Made by a program: the position numbers and the translations under genes. Source: Paramecium tetraurelia (Eukaryota). Taken from it: a stretch of DNA of 64,000 nt. Location: contig CT868040.1 in NCBI GenBank assembly GCA_000165425.1, forward strand, positions 62,001 through 126,000. The letters run 5' to 3'. Under the pieces are notes generated by a model. It had not been told where the DNA came from. It made no database searches and worked only from the letters and a program-made list of their open reading frames with translations. Below are positions 29,591 through 44,664 of this stretch, one piece after another (the first letter of the stretch is position 1; each line of letters opens with the position of its first letter).

Positions 29591-31193
29591 TCAGAACTCT
29601 GGTTGGTCTTCATAAAAAGAGGAAGTACTACTTTAATTAGATTAAGTATCCAATTTCGCAAACAAGTCCTCTAAATCAATATTGATGTCAAATCCTTAGT
29701 TTTGTCCCGTCAAAAATGGGTGTTAACTAGCATCCTAGGCAGACATCCTAGCACTTGGTTCCCATTCAAGACATTTCTACACGAAGTCCAGAAATTGATT
29801 GAATGTGGGTTAGTCTAATTCGAATAAGCAAGTCAAAAGTACCTTTGGTAGATTATTAGTTATAATATTACGCTAGATCTGTGAGTTTCTTGATCGGATG
29901 AGTTGAGTTGTACCCCTCCTTGGTTTAGATTTAAGGAAATTCAGCCGTGAATTGCTCCCTGGATTTGAATTGCAAAGTCTCATTTTAGAGTTCGTTGAAG
30001 TATTTTGATGTTGCAGAGGCATTTTTCAAATATCCCTGCATAGCTAAAAGGTTCAACATGAGATATATTACTTATGATGGGACTCGTCACTTGAATGATT
30101 CGTTCCAAACAAGAGTATTGGTCCCAACATGGAAAAAGGGGACTGCCCAATAACAATTCTACTGCGATGCATCCCAAACTCCAGATATCGATTTTAGCTA
30201 GGAATTCATATGTCCACATTGTTTACTTGTGTAATTGCGATTCTCTAAAATTATTTCGGGAGCCCTGTAGAATCTACTTTGAATGTAGATGTAAGGATGT
30301 TTCTCATTCAAAAAGCAACTGGATCCAAAGTCAATGATTTACAGATTACAATCATCCAATATGGGCTGCTTTTGTTCAATCATTATATTCTCTGGCTTCA
30401 GATCAGCATGAACAACTCCACATTGTTCAGCCACTGTGAGTCCTGTCACTATTTGATTGAGAAATTTTCGGACTAGCGACACGCTAAATCCTTCATATTT
30501 ATTTGTTTTCATCACTTCAAGCAAATTCTGTGCCATCAAAGGGAAAACTAAGCAAGCATGTTTCTTGTGTAAAAATTAATCATTTAGTTGGATTATACAA
30601 TTGTTTTAAATATTTTATTCTTTTGAGAATGTTTAGAGAGTTCTTAATACACGAATTTCTATCTTTTGTTATTGATGAAATGCACATTAATTTTTTATGA
30701 TCTAATTATCCTCAGAATATCGTACCTTTATTGCAACTTATTGTTTCGTTCCTTCTATGCTACATTTGATCACTTGGCCAAATGTCCCTGCACCTAGGAG
30801 AGCCTCGCAAATGTATGTTCTTAACAATAGACCTCAAATAACTTACATATTCTTTTTGCTGTTGTATAATTTGTCATATTATCTGATTATGAGATCATGA
30901 TTTTCATTGTCATAACCATCATTATATTTTCCTATCGAATTTATACCAATAATTACCTTCTTTTGGAGAAGTAAGAATCCTCACAGGCATTTAAATAGGT
31001 TTGCCATTGAATCTCTATAAATAATCCTTATAATGCGACGTAAATTATTTAACCATCTTGAAAATAGTCATGACAAATTTTATACCCTTAATCCACATTT
31101 ATGAGGAGTGAAGGAGTGTTGGGCACTGGAAGGCCATTTCTGGAACCCTCTCAGTGAACAGATGGTTATACCATCTTATTAAAATTTGGACAT
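29591..31193 (-). CDS. YAK1: YAK1-type DYRK family kinase
   Basis: [81 protein letters not shown]; multiple micro-introns. Confidence 0.88.
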
Positions 31194-32353
31194 TATTTAT
31201 ATTAATTTATTTGATATTTTTCTCTACTCAATATACGCCTACCTCTCATTCCATTCCCTCTCTTGACAACAATCCACTCCCTCCTATTACAAAACCCCTC
31301 CACACCTCCCCCCACGTTAGCTACCTCAATTTAAAATTTAATTCTCAAAGATATCCTCTTAACCAAATTCAACTCTATTACCCTAAATCTAACATCAGAT
31401 CAACAACAATTCCTATTACAATCCAGCAATGCTTAAGTATTTGACTTAACTTACCTCTCTATTCCCATATTTCTTAAGTAATCTTCTTAAAATCTTATAA
31501 ATTCCTAAGGGATAATTCAAATTTTATATGCAAATTGGAATTCAAGATTTAGAAACATTGATAATCTTCAACAATCTATTGAGTTGATAATTTAGACTGC
31601 TGAAATCTACAATATTTAAGAATAAATATTTTGAATAGTTATTGACAAATCGAATATCTTATTAACTACATTTTTTAGATAATCTACTAATTAAAACAAA
31701 TCTGCTTTTTATTAGTAAATAATTCTATCAAATATATTAATGACAAAATTTATTTATATTTAGCTTGAAAAATTATGAAATAATTATTATATTTTTAACG
31801 AAATCAATTTTCGTCATTTTTATGATGCCAGAATTTGAGTCATTTAAATTGATAAGAAAACGTAATTCTTAGTATATAGAGTGAAATGTTAGGAAAATGA
31901 AACATGATATGATTCTTATAAAAATGGGTTAGATTGAGATTTATGTATTTGGTATATTAAAGGAAATAGATGAAAAATATCCTGACAAGGGTTTTGTGAA
32001 GAATTTGGATTGTTTGAAAGGGAAAATAGAATGGAAGCTATATTACATTTAAGTAACCAATTATGATTAGTTCTAAGTGAGTAATAATATCCTTACTTAT
32101 TAATTAAGAGGGATGAATAAAAATTTAATTACTTATTACATTATTTCATTTATGTTTATAAAAATGATAATATTTTCAAAATAGGTTTTATTACCATAAC
32201 ATTTTAATTAACATTAAAATAACTTGTATTTTCCTCTAAGGTTCCTAATTGGAAATTAAACCCAATTATTAAATGTTTAAATCTTAGATATGCAATTTCT
32301 TATTTTCTTTAATTCGAATTAATTGGAACTTAGCTCCAAGGTATTTAATATTT

Positions 32354-34840
32354 ATGTTAAAAATTTATTAATTCATCGTAAAGTTCTTTTTACATCCAGG
32401 GGAAGTCTCGAATGAATTGGAGCCAAAAAAGATAATGAATCTATGGACGTTATAATTTAGAAATTCAGAGATAGAGGAAAAATATACAAGCAAGGAGAAA
32501 AACAGAATTATTGTTCTTTTTAGGCTGTCATTCTTGATACATTTCTTCATCAATTTTATCTACTTTCTAAATAATCAGTTTGTAGTGAAAAATTAAACTG
32601 TGGCATATTTAAGAATCGGATTTAGTTTCTGGCATGTACTTTGCTTAATCTCTTAGGCGAACATACAGAAGATCCAATACAAATACATTATATCTATATC
32701 GGAGATAGTAAGTGCCTTTTCGACAATATTAATTACAGATGTTGTTATCTAGACTTAATTATTCAACAAATAATGTACTTAATAATCTACAGCCTAATCT
32801 TTGAATATCGGAATATAGGCTGGAATCATAATAATCAGCTACTTGATGGTCTGTCCTCTATGGTTTTGCTAAGGCTTAATCCTTGTAGCCGCGACGATCT
32901 TAATAGTGGGTCTGGTTGGGATGATTGACTCAATATATTGGACCTTTTATGTGCTATTGATAATGCTAATAATCTTCTTCCGTTCCATAGAGTACTACAA
33001 AAGACTCGACTACTATACGATATGCTAGCAGACCTCGAATTTGAAGGCATGCAAAAATATATTTGATAAAACAGTGCCGAATTCAATTCTGATTTTAACA
33101 GGATAAAGTGATGATTTATAGGATTCTACAATTTCAGGTAAAGAAATGAAATTGATTTACACAAATGATTTTGCAATTAAATACCTTTAGGTTTCTGATG
33201 AAAACGAAATAATTCGAAAATTAAAGTGCATCTTTATATAAACTGAATAGGAATCGGAACAAGAGACATACAATAGTTGTGTCAGTATTTATGATGTCCT
33301 TCAATAAAAGCTAATTTAGGCTGAAGAGTAATTTCAATAAACCTAGAGTAATAGATCATCTGTAATTAAAAACGAATATGATATATCAGACGTAAGCGAT
33401 TACTTTTTATGCTTCAAATTAGATTCGTAATGTAAGGTGGCTCTAACTTCCAAGTCCCAATTAAAAATCAAATCTCATTTTGAAATTCGTATTTTACAAT
33501 GTATATGGGAAAACAAAATTTCAATTTTAGTTATTATGAATGACATCTCTGAGAGGATCAGATTGAAGCATCTAAAAGAAATGGATCAATACAAGGATCG
33601 ATTATTGGCTACAGTATCTCATGATCTAAAGACTCCCTTAAATGGAATGATGATTGATATTGATATCATGAGCCACATTTTGTAATAAAAATCAGCCATT
33701 ACTCCAAGTAACATTGAGTAGTTGTGTGTGCATTTGGATGAATTTCAATAATCTGGCTAATTGTTACTGTCAATGATCAATGACTTATTGGATTATAGTC
33801 AAATCAATAAGGGTTAATTGAGATTAATACCAAAAACCTTCAATATAAACGATACGTTTAAATTTATAAACTAATTGTTGAATAGACAATCATTAGAAAA
33901 AGGAGTCAAATTGATCTGGAAAAATACAATTGACGACAAAACCAGTCTCTTGTTAACCGATGAAACAAGGCTCAAGTAGGTGTTAATCAATTTGGTAGCC
34001 AATGCTATCAAATTCACAATGCAGGGTCAAATCTAAATTGTGGCTAGTCATCATCTAGAGTGTGATTTAATAGAGATATCAGTTTCAGATACTGGTTATG
34101 GAATTCCAGACGAAATCTAGAGGAACCTCTTTAAATTATACAGTACTTACGACATAGGTAAAAATAATAGACACGGAGTTGGTTTAGGATTGACAATTAG
34201 TTAGTAGTTGGTTTCACTTTTGGGTCCATCTGATAAAATAGAGCTCAAATCTCAGGTAGGCAAGGGGTCTACTTTTAAATTTAAGATTTATAGAATTTTG
34301 TAGCAATCACTTGAGAACTCTTTACAAGAATAGGATTTACATCAAAAGTAAATGGTTCCTCGGTTTCCTTCATATAAGAATCTTAATTGTGTAAAAAAGA
34401 AAAGGGGACAATTAAAAAAGGCCCAAACGTATTATAAATTGGAAACCACTCCAGATGATTCCTATAAAATTCTTATAGTGGATGACACTCCCTTTAATAT
34501 AATTGCCTTGAGTGCAATGCTCAATTAAGTTATGGACAATTGTAAATTGTTTAAGGCCTTCAATGGTAAATAAGCCTACGATTTATATTCCAAAGAGTAA
34601 ATGAATATCATCTTCATGGATGTCAATATGCCAGAGATGGATGGGTATCAATGTACGTCAGAGATAAGAAAGTTTGAGCAAATCGAACAACTATCGTAAT
34701 CGATTATCGTAATAGTGACAGCCTTTTCGGGATCGGATGATAAACTTAGATCGCAAAAATGTGGAGCAGATGACCACTTGGATAAGCCATTGAATATGGA
34801 TGATCTTAAAAAAGTTATGAAGAAATTTGGAGTTATATGA
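32354..34840 (+). CDS. Membrane-bound hybrid histidine kinase (TMs-HisKA-HATPase-receiver, 828 aa)
   Basis: H box LLATVSHDLKTPLNG; N box RLKQVLINLVANAIKFT; DTGYGI; GVGLGL; GKGSTFKF; receiver ILIVDD...IIFMDVNMPEMDG...VTAF...DKP; hydrophobic N-terminal helices; single frame. Confidence 0.93.
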
Positions 34841-34989
34841 TTAAATATTAATGTATGTTTGTACAGTCTTGTGTTAATATTACGATGTGTTTGGTAGTGT
34901 AATTATTTAGTTTTGTGAATGTACAAGTTCATTCATACAAAATTATATCAAAATAATATTATTTTGTTCTTTAATTTAATAATCAATAA

Positions 34990-36328
34990 ATGATGAGATT
35001 AAATATAACGAGATTGACTAAGAGAATGAATATGAAACCTCCCTCGGAAAATGATTTCAGCACTTTGCTCATTGCAAAGAATACTCCAATTCGTTAGCTT
35101 TCCATATGTATTATGTTGAAGAATGTTAAATAGCAACTCGCTCATCGAAACACTCTTAATTTGTTAGAAGATTGCCAACTAATTAAAATTAACAATCACA
35201 ACAATTAACTAGTAGAACGATCTCAGTTCATGATACGCATTTACATGGTGAACCCTTGTAGGAGAAGCAGCTCTCAGTCAACAAAATGCAGAATAAGAAA
35301 AAGTCTTCGAGAAGATTAATCGGTTTATAAACTCAACCCAGTTTGATCATGTACGCATAACATATTAATCAGGAAACCAAAGTTTGCAGACATTAAATAT
35401 GAATTGATTGACATCTACTCATTACAAATACCTGAACCAAAAATACTGTACAGAGGTCACAGAGAAACGTCTCATCTTTAAAAGATCGCCATTATTGGCT
35501 AATCTCTATCTCTTAACAAATAGTTAATTCAAAAAATTAAATCTGAATGCATTCTAGTCTTATTAACTAACAATTTATCGTAATTAGATGAATAATATGA
35601 TTGCATAATTTAACCACCTCACATATCTCCCAAGGAAGCATTGAGTTTTTAAAGAAATACGAATTAGATTTGGATAAATGTGAATCACTTAATACAAACA
35701 TACAAATAACCATAGCAAATTATTATGATAGATGAAATTTTTAACGATAATAACATTTTAGGTATTGAAGAATTAAAAAATAAAATATTGTATTCTGGAA
35801 ATTGTAAGATGATTCATCTATTTCTCTAAAAGGACAAGCCAAATCTCTAAAAATTATATTATGCCCTATGTCATCTATTGAAGTACGAGCAATAGGATTT
35901 GATATCATTGAATCTAAAATAGACACTACAAGAATGTTCCGAAAATTGTCTGTAAATTTAATCTAAATTAAATTACCTTCAAAAAGTAGGTGACATAAAG
36001 AAGAAGTTGAAACACCAATTTCAAAAGGAACAAATTTCCATCGAGTCCCCAGAAGACAGAGCTGAAAAGTATATCATTCTTAAGAATTAGTCTGAGAGAT
36101 TGTGTTATTGAATATATTAAGAGTCGGTCGACAAACAAAATAACGGGAATGTATTTCATAGTTGGAGATCAAATTATGAGGAATATTAACTTTTTTCGAA
36201 ATAGACAGGAAGATAAATATTTCACTGATAAGAAACATCAGGAGACTCTTCATATACTATAAAACACACTTCAACCTATAAAGCATGCACACACTTGTTA
36301 ATAATAATATGCATTTTATTTACTATGA
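34990..36328 (+). CDS. Hypothetical protein
   Basis: Frame maintained through two micro-introns to TGA 36326-36328. Confidence 0.7.
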
Positions 36329-36343
36329 AATTATATGAATAAC

Positions 36344-37377
36344 TCAATCCAAGCTTATCGATATCTTTTTATACACTACTGGTTTACGCTATTTGATTTT
36401 GTCCTTGCCACATCCAGGTTCCCTACTGACCGGGTATTTGAAGTTTGTTAAATCCAAAGTGCTAACTTATTTTTCCTCTTATTGCTTTTATTTCTGTAAT
36501 AATAATTATGATATGCTACCTTCTTCTTCTTCTCTTTCTTCACAGTCTCAACAGTCTCAGCCACTTGCAATTGAACTTTGAGAGTATCTACCTCAAGTTT
36601 GGCCATCTCCTCTAATTTCTTCTTCTCAATTTCATCCTCTATAACCCACTTAGGTTTGATGTAATCAGCCACAGCTCCTCTCTCTTCTGTTCTTTGGATA
36701 GCCTCCACTGCTCTTGAAGGAGGAAGAGCTGGTCTTAATTCTAATGGGTATTTATCAGGGAACAAATGTTATCTCAATAACAGTGGTGTAAAGTAAACAA
36801 CTTTGACTTCACCTCCAGCCTTCTTTATTGCATCAATAGCAGTTTTAGAAGCATCTGATACTTCAATAGTTATAGGAGTATTTAATTCACTCAATCTTTC
36901 AGCTCCTCTTGCCAATAGTTTGACTCCATATTTGCATTTACTAAAAATTCTTGACTCTAACATGTCCTTAATTTAGATTGGCTAAGTAGCATCGATTCTT
37001 CCTTACTTGATCCTATCTACGATCTGACATATATTGACTTCTCGATAAATTTCCAAACTATTATTGCTCAAATATCAGAAATACCTGGGTTTGGCTCCCC
37101 ATTTGGGAAGTCTTCTTGTTAAGGGTGTTTAGCCTCCTTCAAATTTAGGAGGAACTCCAGCTCCTGAACGGGCTCCTTGTCCTCTTTATCCTCTTCCACA
37201 AGCATTTCCTCTTGTACCACTTCTTCCCCATCGCTTTTATATTTTCCTGGCCCCTGGATTATCCCAGAGGTTATTGAGGGTGAAAGGTATATTGGAAGGA
37301 GTAGGTGGAACTTTTCGTTCAGCAGTTGTGGCGAACATAAAGCATATCACCCTTAATTTTTGTAGGGTTTGAAACAT
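36344..37377 (-). CDS. MRPL15: Mitochondrial ribosomal protein uL15m
   Basis: Presequence-like N-terminus; [19 protein letters not shown]...[12 protein letters not shown]...[24 protein letters not shown]...[21 protein letters not shown]. Confidence 0.92.
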
Positions 37378-38129
37378 TTATTCAATAATTAAAATATAAT
37401 AATCGGACAAAATTATGGAGTGATGAGGAATAAAACACATCTACTATCAAATATAACGAGGAACCGAATAAGGAAGCTGATAGATAAAGGATAGATAACG
37501 ATCTTCGCATATCGAGTTTGAAATTGATTTATCCCATATAGAGCCAGATAAAATATTGTTAGATAGATGTTGTAAATCAACAGCAGCAATTCCCACATTA
37601 AAAAGTAAGCGTATGAAAAGGGATACTAAATCAATGGGTTATTCATTACGAGTATTGTCTCAAATATCAAACAAGTTTAGGATATGCATCTATCATAAAA
37701 TCTTACATATCAATAATTGAAGAACTTTAAATATTAAAATACTAAAGATTGCAAATATAATTTTAAGATGCTAATGTTTTTGAGGAATGGACTTATAAGA
37801 AAAATGAGGTGGTGACATATTAATTTTGTTTCAATAATGCAGAAAAATTAGACAATAGGAATTATTAATATATTCTTAATCAATTCTAGTTGTGTAACTA
37901 ACTGAAATGAGAAGTGATTAAAATAATACATACTCTCATAATCAATAGTTAGAATAAAAAATGGAACACTAATTCTATTATTGATTTTCAATGAGTCAAT
38001 CTTAACAAAATAGTCAAAAGAGGAGTTAATTCCTTATATAATGAATTATCTATCTATCTAATATTATTATTTCATTCACTTTTATTTCTTTTATTATTCT
38101 TTCGTATAAAATATATCATAAATTATCAA

Positions 38130-39227
38130 ATGGAAGCATTTTAATTTTTGGACAACATTGGGAAAGGATCATTTGCAAAAGTTTACAAAGTTCTTAGGAA
38201 GGCTGATCAAAAGGTATTTGTCGCCAAAGAGATGGAATATGGGAGGATGAGTGAGAAAGAAAAATAACAATTAGTATTTTAAATTTAAATTTCAAAATAG
38301 GTAAACGAGGTTAATATTTTGAGAGAGCTCAAACATCCCAACATAATCAAATATTATGATCGCATCGTCGATAAATAGACATAGAAGTTATACATAATAA
38401 TGGAATATTGTGAGGGTGGAGATTTGGCTTAATTTCTGAAAAAACTAAAGAAGGATAAGGAATATTTACCAGAAGAATCAGTTTGGAAGATATTCTCTCA
38501 GATAGTCTAGGCCTTATGTGAAATACATAGAAGACAAAACAAAATATTACATCGAGACATCAAACCAGCAAATATATTTTTAGATAAAACAGTGAAATTA
38601 GGAGACTTTGGTTTGGCAAGAATGTTAAACATAAACAGTGAATTTGCTCATACCTAAGTTGGTACTCCATATTACATGAGTCCAGAATTGATAGAAGAAC
38701 ATAAATACAATGAAAAGTCTGATATCTGGGCCTGTGGTTGTTTGTTGTACGAGATGTGCTCTCTTTAACCGCCATTCCAAGCATAAAACTATTTATCGTT
38801 GGCAATGAAAATCAAATCGGCCTAATATGATAACATCCCATAACAATATACATCTGAAATGAAGCGTGTAATCAGTTGGTGTTTGAGTGTGAATCAGGAT
38901 TAGAGACCAAGTGTTGACGACTTGTTAAATTTGCCAAGAATTTCAATTCGTTTGAGAGAGAAAAGACTAAAGGAGAATTCCCTGCTGCTTTAACAAAGAG
39001 AGGAAGACTTGAAAAAGAAGTAGTAGTACTTGATTGAATACGAGTAAAGACTGAAAGAATTGGACACATAGAGAAATAAAGAGAATGTTTAGAATTGGCA
39101 GAAAGGCTATAAGAAGAGCACAGATCGATCAGAGAATTCGTTAACTACAGATTAGGACTCGGATTATAAAGAGTCTACTTTAGAGAAATTGATGCAATGT
39201 AGAAGATCATTCTAGTTCAAATAATGA
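38130..39227 (+). CDS. NIMA-related kinase (NEK2-like, 356 aa)
   Basis: [85 protein letters not shown]; intron 38274-38300. Confidence 0.93.
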
Positions 39228-39327
39228 TTACTTTATTATTTCTGATTAATTTTGCTATTTTTAAGTTTTGCAATTTAACAGATTTGTAATTATTAAATTC
39301 AAAATACTATTATAAACATCCTTTTCT

Positions 39328-39987
39328 ATGGAACCCTCTGAACTCTTAAAGTATTAGATAAATGTAATGAGTGATGAACAGAAATGCAGTGGTTTTAATG
39401 CATATTTAAACGAATAACTGTTCCAATCAGCACATAAAAAAAAGAGTCTGGAATAATAAGAAAAAATAATTCAATAATGGAATAAATTATCCTCAGAAGA
39501 GAAGAAAGAATTTTAGGATAAAGAAGAAGAGATTAGAGAACAAGTATAAAAGGAAAAGAAAGAAAAAGAGAAAGAAAAATCAAAGAAATCACATAAGAGT
39601 CATCAAAATAAATAGAAGGATCACGATGATGATGACATGGAACAAGTTCAAAAAAGTGTTTAAAAAATGAAGATTAATGAAGAGAAGTAGCATCATAAAA
39701 AAAAGACAAATGATATGAAGCATGATAATCATGAAGATAAGGAAGAAGGTGAAGATGAGGAAAAAGAAGATCATCATAAAAACAAAGGCTGGAACTCTAA
39801 GTAAGAGAAATAAAAAATGTCAGAGAAAGAGGATGAAGATGAGGACGGAGAAAAGTAGGATTAGGTTAATGAGGAAGGAGAACATAAAACAAATAAAAAA
39901 TAATACAAATCTAGGTCGAGTAGATCTGGATGCCGATCCGGTTAGAGATCTGGTTAAAGATCAGGATGCGGAAAAAGAAAAATGTGA
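39328..39987 (+). CDS. HMG-box-like, highly charged protein (219 aa)
   Basis: SGFNAYLNEQ...IIQQWNKLSSEEKKEFQDK resembles an HMG box; acidic/basic linker; RSG-repeat tail. Confidence 0.6.
39922..39969 (+). repeat. Four degenerate 12-bp tandem units encoding RSG(C/Q)
   Basis: agatctggatgc cgatccggttag agatctggttaa agatcaggatgc. Confidence 0.85.
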
Positions 39988-40058
39988 TTTTATTTTATAG
40001 TTAAATAAATACAGAATGAAATTATTCTTATCTGATTAACTAATATGAATTTGAAATT

Positions 40059-41542
40059 TCATTGTTTATAGGAAATTACCACAACAGAAGATGTTCTTTT
40101 CGCTCTTCTATCCAAAGGTTCCAACTTTATTTGAGAGGGTTTTCTTTTTTCCTTTATTGCAGAATATCCTAGCATTATTTCTGCATACTCTCGAGAAGCT
40201 TGGGAAAAGTTCATTGTACTTCTTTTAGGTTTCTGAGGACTTAATTAAGCAAGAGAATTTTCATTAGATTTGTACGCTTATTCATAAAAATTGGATAATT
40301 TCTAAATGATATGGAAAGTAATTACTTGCAATTTTTTATTTTTTTAATAGAAAGTAGCATTTTGAAGACTTATTGGCGTGTTGTCTTCAGAATAGTCGAT
40401 TTTGCCTATCTTTTTTAAAGTAGTGGAACTTGAAATGGTTGGAGATTCGATTTTGAGGGGAGACTGTATCTACCCAATTTATCCAACAATATATTGGACT
40501 TATTTAATATGAAACCCTTATTGACCTAAAATGTATCCGTAAGAGAACTTGGGTATCTTTAATTGTTGAATGAAGATCAATAATTTTATGATCTAAATAC
40601 TCTCGTTGATATCATTACATTGATGAATTTGTTTTTGCAATCAAACAATTTAAATTATTCAAAAAGACTTAAGGGCAAATTGTCTTACTTAGTCAGCCAA
40701 GGATGTTGTAAGGCTTGACCAGCAGTATAACGATCAGAAATATCGATTTTCAATAGACGAATCAGTAAATCCTTAGCCTATGATGAGATGGGCTTTTTAA
40801 ATTGTAAAGGCTTTTCTAGGATGGTTTATAGGTATTATTGCTTTGTTGAATCCTGTTTGTAGAAGGGATGAACCCCTTGCAGTAGTTAATACATAATGAT
40901 TCCAGTAGCCCAAACATCAACAGGCTAATTAGACACATATGATACCTTAGAATAGAGCTTGTTTTACAGGATTTCAGGAGCCATGTAGAGAAAAGTCCCA
41001 CACTTACAAGTAGAGTAATCAAAATTCTCGAATTAGATACTGAGACCAAAATCAGCTATTTTTGGTACGATGTCTTTGGTTAGTAAGATATTATCTAAAA
41101 GAGATATATACGAAATATTAACCAGGTTTGATGTCTCTATGAATGACATTATGCTGATGCAAATAAGTTAAACCTGAGAGTATCGATTTCATAATCTATA
41201 TACATTGTTCCTCATTCAAATTTGGATTCTCACTCATATAATTCTTCAATGATCCACCTTCCATGTATTCCATCACTAATAACTGAGTTGATCTATGCCA
41301 TCAGAACTTAGATAATTACCCTCTAATGTGTTTGACAATGTGATTATGATTCAAAGATGAGAGCAATTCTTATTCTTCATCTGTGTTCAAAACCTTTATT
41401 AAATGGCAAAGATTACTTTAACAGCTACTACTTTTTTGGTGGTTTAGTCGAATGCTTTATATACCTTCCCAAAAGCTCCTTCACCTATTTTTTGTATGTA
41501 TTCTAATTAATATTTCGAGAAAAGATGCGAGGTTTCTTTCAT
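40059..41542 (-). CDS. CAMK-group Ser/Thr protein kinase
   Basis: IGEGAFGKVY, VVAVK, MEYMEGGSL, HRDIKP, IADFGLS, CGTFLYMAPEIL, VDVWATGIIMY, RYTAGQALQHPW; multiple micro-introns. Confidence 0.88.
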
Positions 41543-42463
41543 TAAAAACTTTTTATAATTTTTTAAATAAATATTTTATTACAATTCAACAAACTCAAAG
41601 AAAATCATTTTATCAAATAGAAACCCTCTACATAGTTAACTTATTCTATATCCACATATTCATGAACTTCTCTTAATTTTAATAGGTTATTCAAAATTGA
41701 TTTTATAAATCCTAATGTTTTAAGGAATATCTAAGAATTAAAGAGGAACATTATAGGTACTAATATTTATTTGAAGATGGTTAATATAACCTGTTAATAG
41801 TTCATTTAAAGGATAAAATATCATTCATAATTTGAATTATTTAATATTAGAAATTCGTTATAGAAAGAAGCATTAATCCAATATACGTTATCCGAATGAA
41901 TTGGATGATATGTATAAACATAGAGAGGATAATTAAGATAATAATTATTATTAATAAAATTAAGCTGAGATGCATAAAAACTATTTGAAAATATAAAATG
42001 AATAATCATCAAATTTCTCGATAATAACATATAAAAGACAATCATTTAATAATCTTTTCTAATTGTTAATGCAATTTATTCATATACAAAACTAGCAAGC
42101 CAACATTTTGGGATGATGCTATTCCTAATGTAAATAAATTCTTAAAGTTGGACAATACGATGCTTTGATCTTCTATTTCTACAAATACATAATTCAACTT
42201 AATGTTTTATGCTATTGAGTATACATAAAAGAGTACATAATTAAATGCTGCCAATTTCTTTACAATCATCGAAAAATATGCTCAATGTAGAAAATTGAGG
42301 TAATTGATGTTAAGTTTAACCTACTTAAGCTATCATTTATCCATCAATTGTGGCTGCAACAAAAATGGATTAGACCTTGAATTCATTTTGGCATTGAGTC
42401 AATAACTATGTCAAGACTTTAGGTTGAATCATTAAATATATAATTATAATTTGTATACGTAAG

Positions 42464-43716
<1,253 letters not shown>

Positions 43717-43754
43717 CTATTATTTAAAATTAAATTAGATTAGGATAATTAATC

Positions 43755-44300
43755 ATGCAGTTTTTTGCAGAGGAGGACACTTTGTTAGGATCACTTGTAT
43801 CCAGCTTACAACCAAAGTAGCATTTACGTTTAAGCATAGAAAAACTGAAACATAAAAGAATTGGGGAGTATTTGCAATTCTATTTATGGCTGGCCTAATT
43901 CTCATTATCATATCTATCCCATTTGCCTCCTTTCTGATACTCAATCCTAAACCATTTTGCCTGCTCTTTTCGGCTGGCTCCTTTGTTATTTTGTTATCCA
44001 TGCTTTAAATTATCGAACTGAAAACGCTTTTTAATAAAATTTCCTCATCTGCTGCCACATTGCTTTATCTTGTATCTCTAATTGCTTGTTTATACACAGG
44101 AATGTTCTATATGGGATACTTTTACACTCTAGGATTGTTATCACTTCAAGTAAAATATTCGATAAATCAAGATCGCATCCTTAATATATTTGACAGTATC
44201 CCTATTTCCAGGAGGAAAAACAGGTATGCATGCTGCCTTCCATTTATTAAAGAATCAACTCAAAGGAATATTCTTAAAGAAAACCTTTTTACCATTGTGA
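43755..44300 (+). CDS. SFT2: SFT2/Got1-family vesicle transport membrane protein
   Basis: Four TMs; LILNPKPFCLLFSAGS and C-terminal SLFPGGKTG signatures; two micro-introns. Confidence 0.82.
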
Positions 44301-44664
44301 ATGTTTATATCTAATAATGTATATTATTATCAATCACAGTAGAATTTTATCTATTTAATATTGAGCATTTATAATTAAGTCTCTTTCTCTTTTTTAAGTA
44401 TTTATTACAATGCCACAAATAAGTATAAATTTCATTATATATATTAAATTGTAGATTATATTTATTACATTCATGGTAATTTATTTTGATTATCAAAAAG
44501 GCATTTACAATAAATATACTAACTCACTCACTTTTGATTATTTAATATTATTTTTCATTTATTTTTAATATATTTGAGATAAATTGGAATAAGTTTAAAC
44601 CCTAAAATTGGTTTCATTTATTAATAGCATTTCATAAATTAAATTTGAATTATTATAACAATAT

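Noticed and set aside
29591..29593. TGA read-through extending YAK1
   Set aside because: Kinase domain is complete before the stop and downstream sequence shows no conserved continuation
32354..34840. Recent bacterial HGT or contamination for the histidine kinase
   Set aside because: Uses TAA/TAG as Gln throughout and matches host composition
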